This document shows positions 8,722 through 17,772 of a stretch of DNA of 64,000 bases, piece by piece. Position numbers and translations under genes: made by a program. Position 1 is the stretch's first letter. Every line of letters starts with the position of its first letter. The notes under the pieces were generated by a model. It searched no databases. It saw only the letters and a program-made list of their open reading frames with translations, and was not told where the DNA came from. This DNA comes from a bacterium (GTDB lineage Bacteria; UBA8248). The stretch covers positions 384,001 to 448,000 of the forward strand of contig CBDCRP010000003.1 of NCBI GenBank assembly GCA_965221165.1, read 5' to 3'.

Positions 8722-9726
8722 TTACATGAAATACTTCCGGTCGTTCATGTCCGGATACATGTCTCCCACCCATTTCGCATAGCCGTTGAACAGGAGTGTC
8801 GGCCTTCTCTTGTTCGTTCCCAGCATGCGCTCGGAGGCCTGGGACCACCTGGGGTGATTGAACTTCGGGTTGATGTTGGCCCAGAAGCCGTATTCGCTGG
8901 GGGCCGCCCTCTCCCAAAACGTGCGGGGCCGCTTGTCGGTGAATTCGATGGAAACGATGGATTTTATACTCTTGAACCCAAACTTCCAGGGAACCACCAG
9001 GCGCAGGGGCGCGCCATGCTGCTGCGGCAGGGGATGCCCGTAAACGCCCGTCCCCATCATCGCAAGTTCGTTCATCGCCTCCTTCATGGTGAGGCCTTCC
9101 ACGTACGGCCACGGGTACCAGACCTGGAGCTGTCCCAACGCCACCTTGCGGTTCAGGAAAGTCGTGAATTTGATGTATTTCGCCTTGCTCGTGGGCTCTA
9201 CTTTCTTGATCAACTCGGAAATCCTGAAACCCGTCCACGGAACGGCCATCGCCCATGCCTCCACGCAGCGGAAACGATACAGCCGCTCCTCGAGCGTCAT
9301 GCCCTTGATCAATTCATCGATGTCATAGGTTTTGGGCTTCTTGACGTGTCCCTGCACCTCCACTTGCCAGGGGCGCGTCTCCATGCGCCTGGCCAGCCAG
9401 GAGATTGCCTTGGAGCCGCCGAACTCATAAAAATTATTGTACTCGGCCGCCACTTTTTCTTCCGTCAGGGGACGGTCCAGAGTGAAAGCAGGGTTCCGCC
9501 GCGCCGGGTAAAGACCCACTGTCTGATCCTTAGGATTAGCGCTCCCTTTATTCGCTTTGGCCAGGGCGAGCGGACCGTCGCGCTCGGGCCAGTAGGGAGG
9601 CGTCACCATCTGGCTCAGCATCAAACCCGCGCCGCCCGCCAGAAAATTACGACGATTCAAGAACACGGATTCCGGCGTGGCCTCGCGCTCAGGCATCGAC
9701 CACTCGGGCTTTTTTATGAAATTCAT
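8722..9726 (-). CDS. msrP: protein-methionine-sulfoxide reductase catalytic subunit (Mo-MPT, Tat-exported)
   Basis: ATPESVFLNRRNFL (Tat signal), YNNFYEFG, YRFRCVEAW, GAPLRLVVPWKFGFKSIKSI, EYGFWANINP and HPRWSQASER. Confidence 0.95.
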   Translation of the reverse strand: MNFIKKPEWSMPEREATPESVFLNRRNFLAGGAGLMLSQMVTPPYWPERDGPLALAKANKGSANPKDQTVGLYPARRNPAFTLDRPLTEEKVAAEYNNFYEFGGSKAISWLARRMETRPWQVEVQGHVKKPKTYDIDELIKGMTLEERLYRFRCVEAWAMAVPWTGFRISELIKKVEPTSKAKYIKFTTFLNRKVALGQLQVWYPWPYVEGLTMKEAMNELAMMGTGVYGHPLPQQHGAPLRLVVPWKFGFKSIKSIVSIEFTDKRPRTFWERAAPSEYGFWANINPKFNHPRWSQASERMLGTNKRRPTLLFNGYAKWVGDMYPDMNDRKYFM

Positions 9727-9978
9727 CATCATCCCCTTTTGGATTGCGGCTGGAGTTGCGTTCATCCTCCACACCGGCAAATTCGCGTTTTATATACTAT
9801 ATATGCGAATTCGCCTTCCATGACGGCTCATGGGAATATATCATATAAATCTCACCTGATTCGTGGGGAAACCCGAGTTTAAGGAATCTTTACAGACATC
9901 ATGGATTATTATCGCCCGAACAAGGCTCGCGAACACGTCCCATAAGGCTCAAAAACGCAAGTCGACCGAGGAGACCCC

Positions 9979-11037
9979 ATGTCCGAGCTACGCTACCCCG
10001 TTGAACGCCTGGAGAGTTTCATTCACGCCGTCCTGGTCGCGCACGATGTTTTGGACGATCATGCGCGCATCTGCGCCGTCCGCATGATCGAAGCAGACCT
10101 CCACGGGATGCACGGACACGGCATCTTCAGGCTCCCTCCCTATTGCCGCAGAATCCGCGAGGGCGGATACAACTTACGGCCCGACATACGCGCCGAGCGC
10201 GAAACCCCGGTAAGCGCATTGGTGAACGGGGACAACGGCTTCGGCCAGGTGGTCGTGACGTTCGCGGCCGAACTGGCCATCCAAAAGGCGAAAGAAAGCG
10301 GTCTGGCGTGGATCGGCATACATCACGGAAACCATGCCGGCGCCGCGGGGGTCTACGCCGCCATACCCCTCGCGCACGATATGATCGGCATGTACATGGC
10401 CGTCGCCAACGCCAACCACATGCCCCCCTGGGGCGGCGTCGACATGCTCCTGAGCACCAACCCCATCGCCTACGCCATTCCGGCGGGCGAGGAGCCGCCC
10501 TTCGTCCTCGACATGGCCACCACCGAGACCTCCTACGGCAAGGTGAAAGTCTACGCCCAGGAGGGAAAGCCGATGCCCGAGGGCTGGATGATGACCAGAG
10601 ACGGGAAACCCCTCACCGACGCCTCGCGGGCCGAGGAGGGTTTTTTGCTCCCCATCGGGGGACACAAGGGCTATGGCTTGAACATGATGATCGGCGCGCT
10701 CGCCGGCGTGCTGAACGGAGCGGCCTTCGGTTCGGACGTCATCGATTTCAACAAGGATTTCAAGACGCCCACGAACACCGGCCAGGTCTTTTTCGCCATG
10801 CGGCCGGACATCTTCCGCGACCTGGATGATTTCAAGGCGGAGATGGACCTGAGAATCCGCGAGATCAGGAATTCCGCCCCCATGGAGGGCAAAGGCCCCA
10901 TCCGGATTCCCGGCGAGAACCTCGCGCGAAGAAAAGAAGAAATGCGCCGCGAGGGCGTGCCCGTCGCCGCGCCCGTGCTCGCCCAACTCAGGGAGATGGC
11001 CGAAGGACTCGGCTTAGAGGACAGGCTCGCCGACTGA
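9979..11037 (+). CDS. Ldh_2 family (AllD/ComC-like) 2-hydroxyacid oxidoreductase
   Basis: ADLHGMHGHG, GNHAG, STNPIA, LDMATT, GGHKGYGL and RIPGE. Confidence 0.9.
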   Translation: MSELRYPVERLESFIHAVLVAHDVLDDHARICAVRMIEADLHGMHGHGIFRLPPYCRRIREGGYNLRPDIRAERETPVSALVNGDNGFGQVVVTFAAELAIQKAKESGLAWIGIHHGNHAGAAGVYAAIPLAHDMIGMYMAVANANHMPPWGGVDMLLSTNPIAYAIPAGEEPPFVLDMATTETSYGKVKVYAQEGKPMPEGWMMTRDGKPLTDASRAEEGFLLPIGGHKGYGLNMMIGALAGVLNGAAFGSDVIDFNKDFKTPTNTGQVFFAMRPDIFRDLDDFKAEMDLRIREIRNSAPMEGKGPIRIPGENLARRKEEMRREGVPVAAPVLAQLREMAEGLGLEDRLAD

Positions 11038-11895
11038 TCACACGAGGCTTATCAGCGCGCCTCCCGCGACGATGAAGGCCGCGCCCAGCACCATGAGCGG
11101 CGTCAGCGTCTCCATGCCCTGCGGCAGAAAGCGTGAGAAGAGCAGCACGAACAGGGGCTGCGCCGAGGTGATCGGCGACACGACGACGATGCGGCCCTCC
11201 TCGAGCGCGAAGAAAAGCGCCGTCAGCGCCGAAAAACTGGAGATTCCCACAAGCACGAAATAAAAGAGGCCCTTCCCGGTGAAGTCCCTGCGACCGCTTT
11301 TGGAATTCGCCAGGACAAATGCCATGACGATGCTCGACGTCCCCGCCATCACGAAAATCGCCAGCGTCTTGTAGGGCACATCGGGAGAGGAGTAGCGGAT
11401 GATGAGGTCGCGCATGACCCATATGAGCGTGGCCCCGATGGCGTAGGCGATTCCGGTGAGAGCCCACGAGCGCATCTCATCTTTCCTGATCGACAAGACG
11501 ACGATGCCGCAGACGATGAGCGCGGTTCCCAGGGCGAGGACAGGCGTGAGTTGCTCGCCGAGGAGCAAGACGGCCAGCGTGCTTGAGAAGAGCGGTCCCA
11601 GACCGCGCAGGATACCCGAAGGAGCCGCCCCGATGCGCTGGACGCCCGCGAACTGGAACGTCCTCGATATGCTGGGGGTGATCACGCCGAGCCCCACGAA
11701 CCAGAGCAGGTGCGGGTTGGCAAAAGCGCTCATCGGCACGCTCGCCGCTATCCAGGGCAGATAGAGCAGCGTCACCACGGCCGAGGCCACGAACCCGCCG
11801 AACACGGGCGTCGCCTCCCGCGTCGCCATGCGCGAGAAGATGAACGTCAGCGCGAAAAAGGCCGACGCCGCAATGGCCAGGGGAATCTCTGTCAA
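11038..11895 (-). CDS. DMT/EamA family transporter
   Basis: About 10 hydrophobic helices in two EamA-like repeats; LLGEQLT motif. Confidence 0.85.
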   Translation of the reverse strand: MTEIPLAIAASAFFALTFIFSRMATREATPVFGGFVASAVVTLLYLPWIAASVPMSAFANPHLLWFVGLGVITPSISRTFQFAGVQRIGAAPSGILRGLGPLFSSTLAVLLLGEQLTPVLALGTALIVCGIVVLSIRKDEMRSWALTGIAYAIGATLIWVMRDLIIRYSSPDVPYKTLAIFVMAGTSSIVMAFVLANSKSGRRDFTGKGLFYFVLVGISSFSALTALFFALEEGRIVVVSPITSAQPLFVLLFSRFLPQGMETLTPLMVLGAAFIVAGGALISLV

Positions 11896-11969
11896 CGCAT
11901 GCCTCGTCTCATAATGAAAAAGCGCCCCCGGACCTCATGCCAGGGGCGCCGATTCAAGCCAACGCCTGC

Positions 11970-13208
11970 TCAATCCTGAATGATCAGTTCTTCGCAATAG
12001 GGAGCGCGCGTCATATAGACGGGTTCATCCTCGGTGATGAGAATATGATCCTCGATGCGCACGCCAGCTCCGCCCGGAATGCCCGGGACGAATATCAAAG
12101 GCTCGATGGCGAACGTCATCCCCGGCAAGAAATCCACGCTCTCGGCCCCGGGCATCACCTCGCCCACATAGGGAGGTTCGTTGGGCGAGATGCCGCAGCC
12201 GTGACCGATGAAGAGCTTGATGAAGTTTTCCTCGAGACCCGCGGAGCGCGCCACTTCCAGAAACTCCGCCGCCGAGTCGTCGTTCGTGTAGCCGGGGCGC
12301 ATCTTTTCGATTCCCGCCCTGAGCGCCTTATACACGGTCGTATACACCTTTCGCTGCATGGGATGGGGCGGGCCGCCCGCCACCTTCGCGCGCCCGCAGT
12401 CGCCGAAATACCCGTTCCAGCAGGCGCCGATGTCGATGAAGACGATGTCCGCGTTTCTGATGATTTTATCCGTGGGAAAGCGCGTCGGCGGCGCCATGTG
12501 TTCGCCCGAAGCCACGAACGGAGACGCCAGATGCCCGAACTCACCGCCGTGGGTGAAGAGCGTCTTCATGGCTTCCGCCGCCACGTCGAACTCGCGCACG
12601 CCCGGCTCGGCGTGGTTGAGCGCCGTGATGGTCACGGCGTCGGCAATCGCGCACGCCTGGTGGAGGCAGGCGATCTCATCCGTCGTCTTCTGCACCCGGC
12701 TCATGTACATGAACTGCTCGCCGTCCACGAAGTTGGCTTCGGGGAAGTATTTTTCGATCATCTCCCGCTGGGTGAAGGTGTGCCCGTCGAGGCCGATGGC
12801 GCCGTTCGAAACCCCCCAGTCGTCGAATCGCGTCTTGATGTCGGTGCCCACCGTGTGCTCGACGAGGCCCGGCTCCTCCAGGATACCGATGGGCACGTAA
12901 TCGTCTATCCAGGGCATGCACTCCTCGATGCGGTGCGCCTCGCCGCTCGAGGCCAGCAGCGTCGGATTTCCCTCCTGCCTCAGCAATACGCCGTAGGTGG
13001 TGGAGGAGCGGTACTGAATCATGATGACGCGCGCGCTGGTGAGATAGCGCACATTCTCATCCTTCCAGAGGATGAGGGCGTCGATGCCTTGTTCCTTCAT
13101 CGCCGCCTGGGTCTTCTCGACCCGCTCTCGGCGCATCCGGTCCATGTCGATGCGGTGCTCCCAGTCGACCATCATCGAGCCGCGCGCCCACGTGGGGTAG
13201 TCCGTCAT
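11970..13208 (-). CDS. M24 family (Xaa-Pro peptidase/creatinase-like) metallohydrolase
   Basis: Creatinase_N-like N-terminus (ENVRYLT). Metal ligands in IDIG, GDCGR, GHGCG, IEP and RIED. Confidence 0.9.
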   Translation of the reverse strand: MTDYPTWARGSMMVDWEHRIDMDRMRRERVEKTQAAMKEQGIDALILWKDENVRYLTSARVIMIQYRSSTTYGVLLRQEGNPTLLASSGEAHRIEECMPWIDDYVPIGILEEPGLVEHTVGTDIKTRFDDWGVSNGAIGLDGHTFTQREMIEKYFPEANFVDGEQFMYMSRVQKTTDEIACLHQACAIADAVTITALNHAEPGVREFDVAAEAMKTLFTHGGEFGHLASPFVASGEHMAPPTRFPTDKIIRNADIVFIDIGACWNGYFGDCGRAKVAGGPPHPMQRKVYTTVYKALRAGIEKMRPGYTNDDSAAEFLEVARSAGLEENFIKLFIGHGCGISPNEPPYVGEVMPGAESVDFLPGMTFAIEPLIFVPGIPGGAGVRIEDHILITEDEPVYMTRAPYCEELIIQD

Positions 13209-13385
13209 TGCGTCTTCCTCCTCGAAAAACAAAGATTTCGGCCTGAAAATATCGAGTCCGCAAAAGATTATTCAAAATATGGAATTTCGCGGCGACGCTA
13301 ACACCCGCGCCGGAACCTGTCAAGAAAACGCCTGATGGGCGGGGTTCCGGGTGCAAGCGGAAATGCGGGTGGAATCCCCGCATCA

Positions 13386-13414
13386 TTGACTTGATGGCCC
13401 GGCCTCGCTACTTT
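13386..13414 (+). promoter_or_regulatory. putative sigma70 promoter of the crotonase gene
   Basis: TTGACT-N17-TACTTT. Confidence 0.45.
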
Positions 13415-13469
13415 CGGCCCAACGAACATACGCGCGCGCATTCGCCGAATCGAACACGGAGGACCACCG

Positions 13470-14237
13470 ATGAGCCTCGTCATCTATGAAATGAAAGATA
13501 AAACCGCCACCATCACCCTGAACCGGCCCGAGAAGCTCAACGCCTACACCGAGGAAATGGTGGACGAGATGTACGACGCCTGCCAGAAATTCGCGAAAGA
13601 CGATGAGGCGTGGACGGCCATCGTCACCGGCGCGGGCGATCGCGCGTTTTGCGCGGGCCACGACCTCAACCTGGTGGTGGAGAGCGAAGGCCAGTACAAG
13701 GATCACGACTCGCCCACGGTGTGGTACGGCGAATTCGAGATTTACAAGCCCATGATCGCCGCGGTGAACGGCTATGCCTTCGGGGGCGGGTGCTCGCTGG
13801 CGCTCTCGTGCGACATCCGAATCGCATCTGAAAACGCCGTCTTCGGCTACCCGCAGCCCAAATACGGCGCGATGAGCCTGGGCGGACACCAGCGGCTGCC
13901 CAAGACCATCCCGCCCGGCATCGCCATGGAGTTCATGCTGACCGGCAGAAACATCCCGGCGGAAGAAGCGGCTCGTTGGGGCATGGTGAACAAGGTAGTG
14001 CCCCAGGACGCGCTGATGGACGAGGCGCGCGCCATGGCCGCCCTCATCAACGAGAACGCGCCGCTCTCCGTCCGGCACACGAAAGAGGCGGTTCTCAAGG
14101 GACTGAGAACGCCCGACGTGCGCGAGGGCATCAGCATGGCCAAACTCATCAGCTATCGCCTGCAGACCTCCCGGGACACGCAGGAGGGCCTTGCGGCCTT
14201 CATGGAGAAGAGAAAACCCGAATGGCAGGGCCGCTAG
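13470..14237 (+). CDS. enoyl-CoA hydratase/isomerase (crotonase) family protein
   Basis: TITLNRPEKLNA, FCAGHDL, KPMIAAVNGYAFGGG and EGLAAFMEKRKP. Confidence 0.92.
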   Translation: MSLVIYEMKDKTATITLNRPEKLNAYTEEMVDEMYDACQKFAKDDEAWTAIVTGAGDRAFCAGHDLNLVVESEGQYKDHDSPTVWYGEFEIYKPMIAAVNGYAFGGGCSLALSCDIRIASENAVFGYPQPKYGAMSLGGHQRLPKTIPPGIAMEFMLTGRNIPAEEAARWGMVNKVVPQDALMDEARAMAALINENAPLSVRHTKEAVLKGLRTPDVREGISMAKLISYRLQTSRDTQEGLAAFMEKRKPEWQGR

Positions 14238-14310
14238 AAGACATCGGCTATCCGCCTCTCCATTCGCTTTAGGTGAAACGCACATATGTTTTCTTACGAG
14301 GTATCCATTG

Positions 14311-15348
14311 ATGAATGATGCACCTAAAATCGGCATGGCCTTCATCGGGCTCGGCTGGTGGGGCGCCGTGCTTGCGGACGCCGCCCTCGCCTCCGGGAAA
14401 GTGGAAGTAACCGGCGGATTCGCCCGCACTCCCTCCTCCCGAGAAGAATTTGTCGGCAAATACGGCGGCAGGAACTTCGCCTCCATCGACGAGGTGATGG
14501 CCGACTCCGAGACAGAAGCCGTCGTCATCGCCACGGCGAACTCCGTCCACAAGGAAATCGCCATAGCCGCCGCGCGCGCGGGCAAGCACGTTCATCTGGA
14601 AAAACCCATGGCGCTGAGCGTCTCCGATGCGAAAGCCGTCGATCAGGCGTGCAGGGACTTTGGGGTGAAACTCCACATGGGGCAGAACTTCAGGCGCTGG
14701 CCGATGTTCCGCAAGGCGAAAGAAATCGTGGAGAGCGGAAATCTGGGGCTGGTGAACTACACGGTCGCCACGTTCTCGAACAACCACGGCTTCACCGCCG
14801 GTCCCGAGAGCATGCGGTGGGACGCCACGGAGAACCCGGGAGGACCGCTTTACAGCTACACCATCCATCTCGCGGACATGATGGAATACCTCTTCGGCGA
14901 CGTGGACGAGGTGAGCGGCTCATGCGCCAAGGTGGGCGGCCCCAACCCCCAGGAAGACGCCGCCGCCGCCATTTTGCGCTTCAAAAGCGGACTGATGGGC
15001 ACAATCTCGGGCAGCTACCTGGCCCCGTTCCACTTCGCATTCGACGTTCAGGGCACCGAAGCGAACCTGAGCCTCTCCACGACGGAAAACCCGACCCTCA
15101 AGCGGCCCATCGACCTGATGGGCGGTCTGGAAACCAAAATCGTAGAACTCGACCACGACCTCGTGGAGGGAAGACTCCTGGCCAACCGCGAGCAATTCGA
15201 CGACCTTGTCGGCGCGATTCGAGAGGACAGGGACCCCGAAGTCACCGGGCGTCACGGAGTTCGGGCGCTCGCCATCATGCGGGCGATCCTGAAGAGCAAC
15301 GCGGAGAGGCGGATTGTGACGATCGAGGAGATTCTCGAGAGCGACTAG
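14311..15348 (+). CDS. Gfo/Idh/MocA family oxidoreductase
   Basis: IGLGWWG, AGKHVHLEKPMA and GGPLYSYTIHLAD. Confidence 0.9.
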   Translation: MNDAPKIGMAFIGLGWWGAVLADAALASGKVEVTGGFARTPSSREEFVGKYGGRNFASIDEVMADSETEAVVIATANSVHKEIAIAAARAGKHVHLEKPMALSVSDAKAVDQACRDFGVKLHMGQNFRRWPMFRKAKEIVESGNLGLVNYTVATFSNNHGFTAGPESMRWDATENPGGPLYSYTIHLADMMEYLFGDVDEVSGSCAKVGGPNPQEDAAAAILRFKSGLMGTISGSYLAPFHFAFDVQGTEANLSLSTTENPTLKRPIDLMGGLETKIVELDHDLVEGRLLANREQFDDLVGAIREDRDPEVTGRHGVRALAIMRAILKSNAERRIVTIEEILESD

Positions 15349-15463
15349 ACCTGAAACAAGGCCCTCGCCACGGGGGCTTGATTCCCGTATAATGCTGCAT
15401 CGGTAGCCCATCACGCATCTGCGACTCGTTCCGCCCGCCACTTGTCTCGGAAACGGTTTTCCC

Positions 15464-16282
15464 ATGGGCAGGCGACGCGACACGCCGGATTTCACGCGCT
15501 CCAACAAATTCCCGGCACTCGAATACCAACCCGCAGCGGAAGAGCGCGAATTCACCAGAAAACTCATCGCATCCACGAGCGCGAACGAGCGCGAAGCGCT
15601 GGGCCAGAAACTGCTCGACAACATTTGCGGCAGCCTCAAAATCCCCCGCGCGCGCCTGCGCGTGTACGAAGAGCGGCAACCCCACAAGCTGCGCGGCGGA
15701 AAACTCGCCTATAAGCTGTACGGCGTCTATTATTGCGAAAACGCGATGATCGAAATCGCCAACCTGACGTCTATTCGCAAACAGGTCGTCGCAGGCAAGA
15801 CGTTTATGGATACCCTCATTCACGAACTCATGCACCACATCGACAGAAAATTTCTCCGAATACCCTCCACCCCACATAGCCCCGGCTTTTACGCGCGCAT
15901 CGAGGACATCAAAACCAAACTCATGCACATGAAGGGCGGGGAGTTGCCATCCCCGCAAGAAGCCGCCTGGGAGAGACCCAAAAACCTGACGGCGGCTCTC
16001 GAGACGGCGGTCTCAGGCGCACGAGCGAGAAACGAACGTCAAAACCCCCAAAAGCCGCACGAGGAGACTCCCGGCGACATTCCGCCGAAGAAGAGAAAGC
16101 CTAGGTGGACCCCGCCGGGTGAATCCGTATCCCCCGCACATGCACTGCCCGAAGAAGCCGGCGCAACAAACCCACCGAAAAAACCGCCACGCACCCGGGG
16201 AGGAGAGTCCACTTTTCCGAATCATCCCCAAAAAGACGTTTCGGTGGAGAAGGAGCCGCAACTGTCGTTCGACTTCCAGTAG
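15464..16282 (+). CDS. SprT/WLM-like zinc metalloprotease with disordered tail and C-terminal QLSFDF motif
   Basis: TLIHELMHH...HSPGFY zincin motif, a Pro/Lys/Glu-rich tail, and the terminus EPQLSFDFQ. Confidence 0.7.
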   Translation: MGRRRDTPDFTRSNKFPALEYQPAAEEREFTRKLIASTSANEREALGQKLLDNICGSLKIPRARLRVYEERQPHKLRGGKLAYKLYGVYYCENAMIEIANLTSIRKQVVAGKTFMDTLIHELMHHIDRKFLRIPSTPHSPGFYARIEDIKTKLMHMKGGELPSPQEAAWERPKNLTAALETAVSGARARNERQNPQKPHEETPGDIPPKKRKPRWTPPGESVSPAHALPEEAGATNPPKKPPRTRGGESTFPNHPQKDVSVEKEPQLSFDFQ

Positions 16283-16473
16283 GTATAATTTACTTTAGGC
16301 AAAAATAATAAATAACTGAAATATAAATTGAAATAAATTCCAAAAATGCGCCTGTCAAAACGCTCTTTCGCTACCCGGCCCAGGCGGTTGTGTTTCACTC
16401 TGCGATTGGGTAAACAAGGTCAGTGCATACGCCATCATACAATCAAGCGCATATCGCAGAGGAGTATTTTCAT

Positions 16474-17166
16474 ATGAGGCCGGCTAACGATTCAGTCCCG
16501 AAACCCTGGGGACCGCTGGCGGGTTTTTGGTCCTGGCAGTACCTGAATCTGTGGAAGACCATCAAACTCGTCACGAGCAAACGGGTCAAAAGTTTTTACG
16601 ATAAATTTCCGAACGTTCATCCCCCCGGCACCGCCTTCCCCGACTTCGAACTCAAGGATATTCACGGGAACGTCTACCGCATGGCGGATTATCTGGGCAA
16701 GAAATACGTGGTGATGACCACGGGCGCCATCACGTGACCGCCATACAGGCGGCAGGTGCCGTTTTACGAAGAGTTGCAGGAGAAATATGCGGATCGCGAC
16801 GTGGTCGTCTTCAATCTCTACGTGAGAGAACCGCACGCGGGCGAGCGCGGATTCCCGGAGATCAGAAACCATGAATCCTACGAACACAAGCGGAGCTACG
16901 CCCAAATGCTGGCCGAGGTCAAGAACATGGAAACCAATATCCTGGTCGACGAGATGGACCAGAAGGTTCACGCCAAGCTCGGAGATCTGCCGAACACCAT
17001 CTGGCTCGTCGGCAAGGACGGGAAAGTGGCCTATAAGTGCACCTGGTCGAACGCGGAGCACGTGGATGAATACCTGGCCAAACTGGTGAACGAGGACCCC
17101 GCATTCGAGGGGATGCCCAAAATGGAGCAAACCATCTTCACTGCCGGCGCCGGCACCGCGATCTAG
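16474..17166 (+). CDS. iodothyronine deiodinase-like (peroxiredoxin fold) selenoprotein, UGA read as Sec at 16735-16737
   Basis: Two same-frame ORFs separated only by one TGA, giving GAIT-U-PPY. Also YVREPHAGE, HESYEHK, LVDEMD and GKVAYK. GAGGAG RBS before ATG 16474; SECIS-like hairpin after the UGA. Confidence 0.85.
16747..16764 (+). promoter_or_regulatory. putative bacterial SECIS element
   Basis: AGGCGGC-AGGT-GCCGTTT stem-loop whose apical loop starts 17 nt after the UGA and has G at its second position. Confidence 0.65.
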
Positions 17167-17181
17167 CGAGACCAGTCGCCC

Positions 17182-17213
17182 AGAAACGCCCCTGTTTTCG
17201 AGGGGCGTTTTTC
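17182..17213 (+). terminator. rho-independent terminator
   Basis: AAACGCCCCT-gttttcg-AGGGGCGTTTTT. Confidence 0.7.
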
Positions 17214-17243
17214 GTCTCCATCACAAAGGAGGAAAACCCGGTC

Positions 17244-17768
17244 ATGGACGCGCCGACAATCATAGGAGAGCGCCTGGAAGCCTACGGGATGAGGCTTAGA
17301 GAAGTCATGGAAGACGTCACCGATGCGGACTTGATGATTCAGCCGGGTTCGAACGACAACCCTATGGGCTGGCTCGTCTGGCACATGACGCGCTTTGAGG
17401 ACAGGACTTTCTCTTGCATCGCTAAAACCCCGGAACTTTGGATAGAAGAAAAATGGCACGATCGCTTCGGCATGGAGCCCGATCCCGAATGCGACGGCGT
17501 GGGCTTCACCCTAGATCAGGTCCTTGAGCTTAAAACCAACAAGGACGCCCTGATGGGCTATTTCGAAGCAGTGCGCGGGAATACGCTCCCCTGCCTCTCG
17601 GGATTAAGCGCGGCGGACCTGGACCGGGAAGAAATCGATTTTATCAGCGGCAAGCCCATCAAGATCGGCCTGCTGGTGGGAAGATATCTGGGCGATCACA
17701 TCTCCCACATCGGACAAATCTGCTATCTGAGGGGCCACATCGCAGGCTGGGGGCGATACCCCGTATAG
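17244..17768 (+). CDS. DinB family protein
   Basis: NPMGWLVWHM and HISHIGQICYLRG His-triad pattern; AGGAGG RBS. Confidence 0.88.
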   Translation: MDAPTIIGERLEAYGMRLREVMEDVTDADLMIQPGSNDNPMGWLVWHMTRFEDRTFSCIAKTPELWIEEKWHDRFGMEPDPECDGVGFTLDQVLELKTNKDALMGYFEAVRGNTLPCLSGLSAADLDREEIDFISGKPIKIGLLVGRYLGDHISHIGQICYLRGHIAGWGRYPV

Positions 17769-17772
17769 CTTT

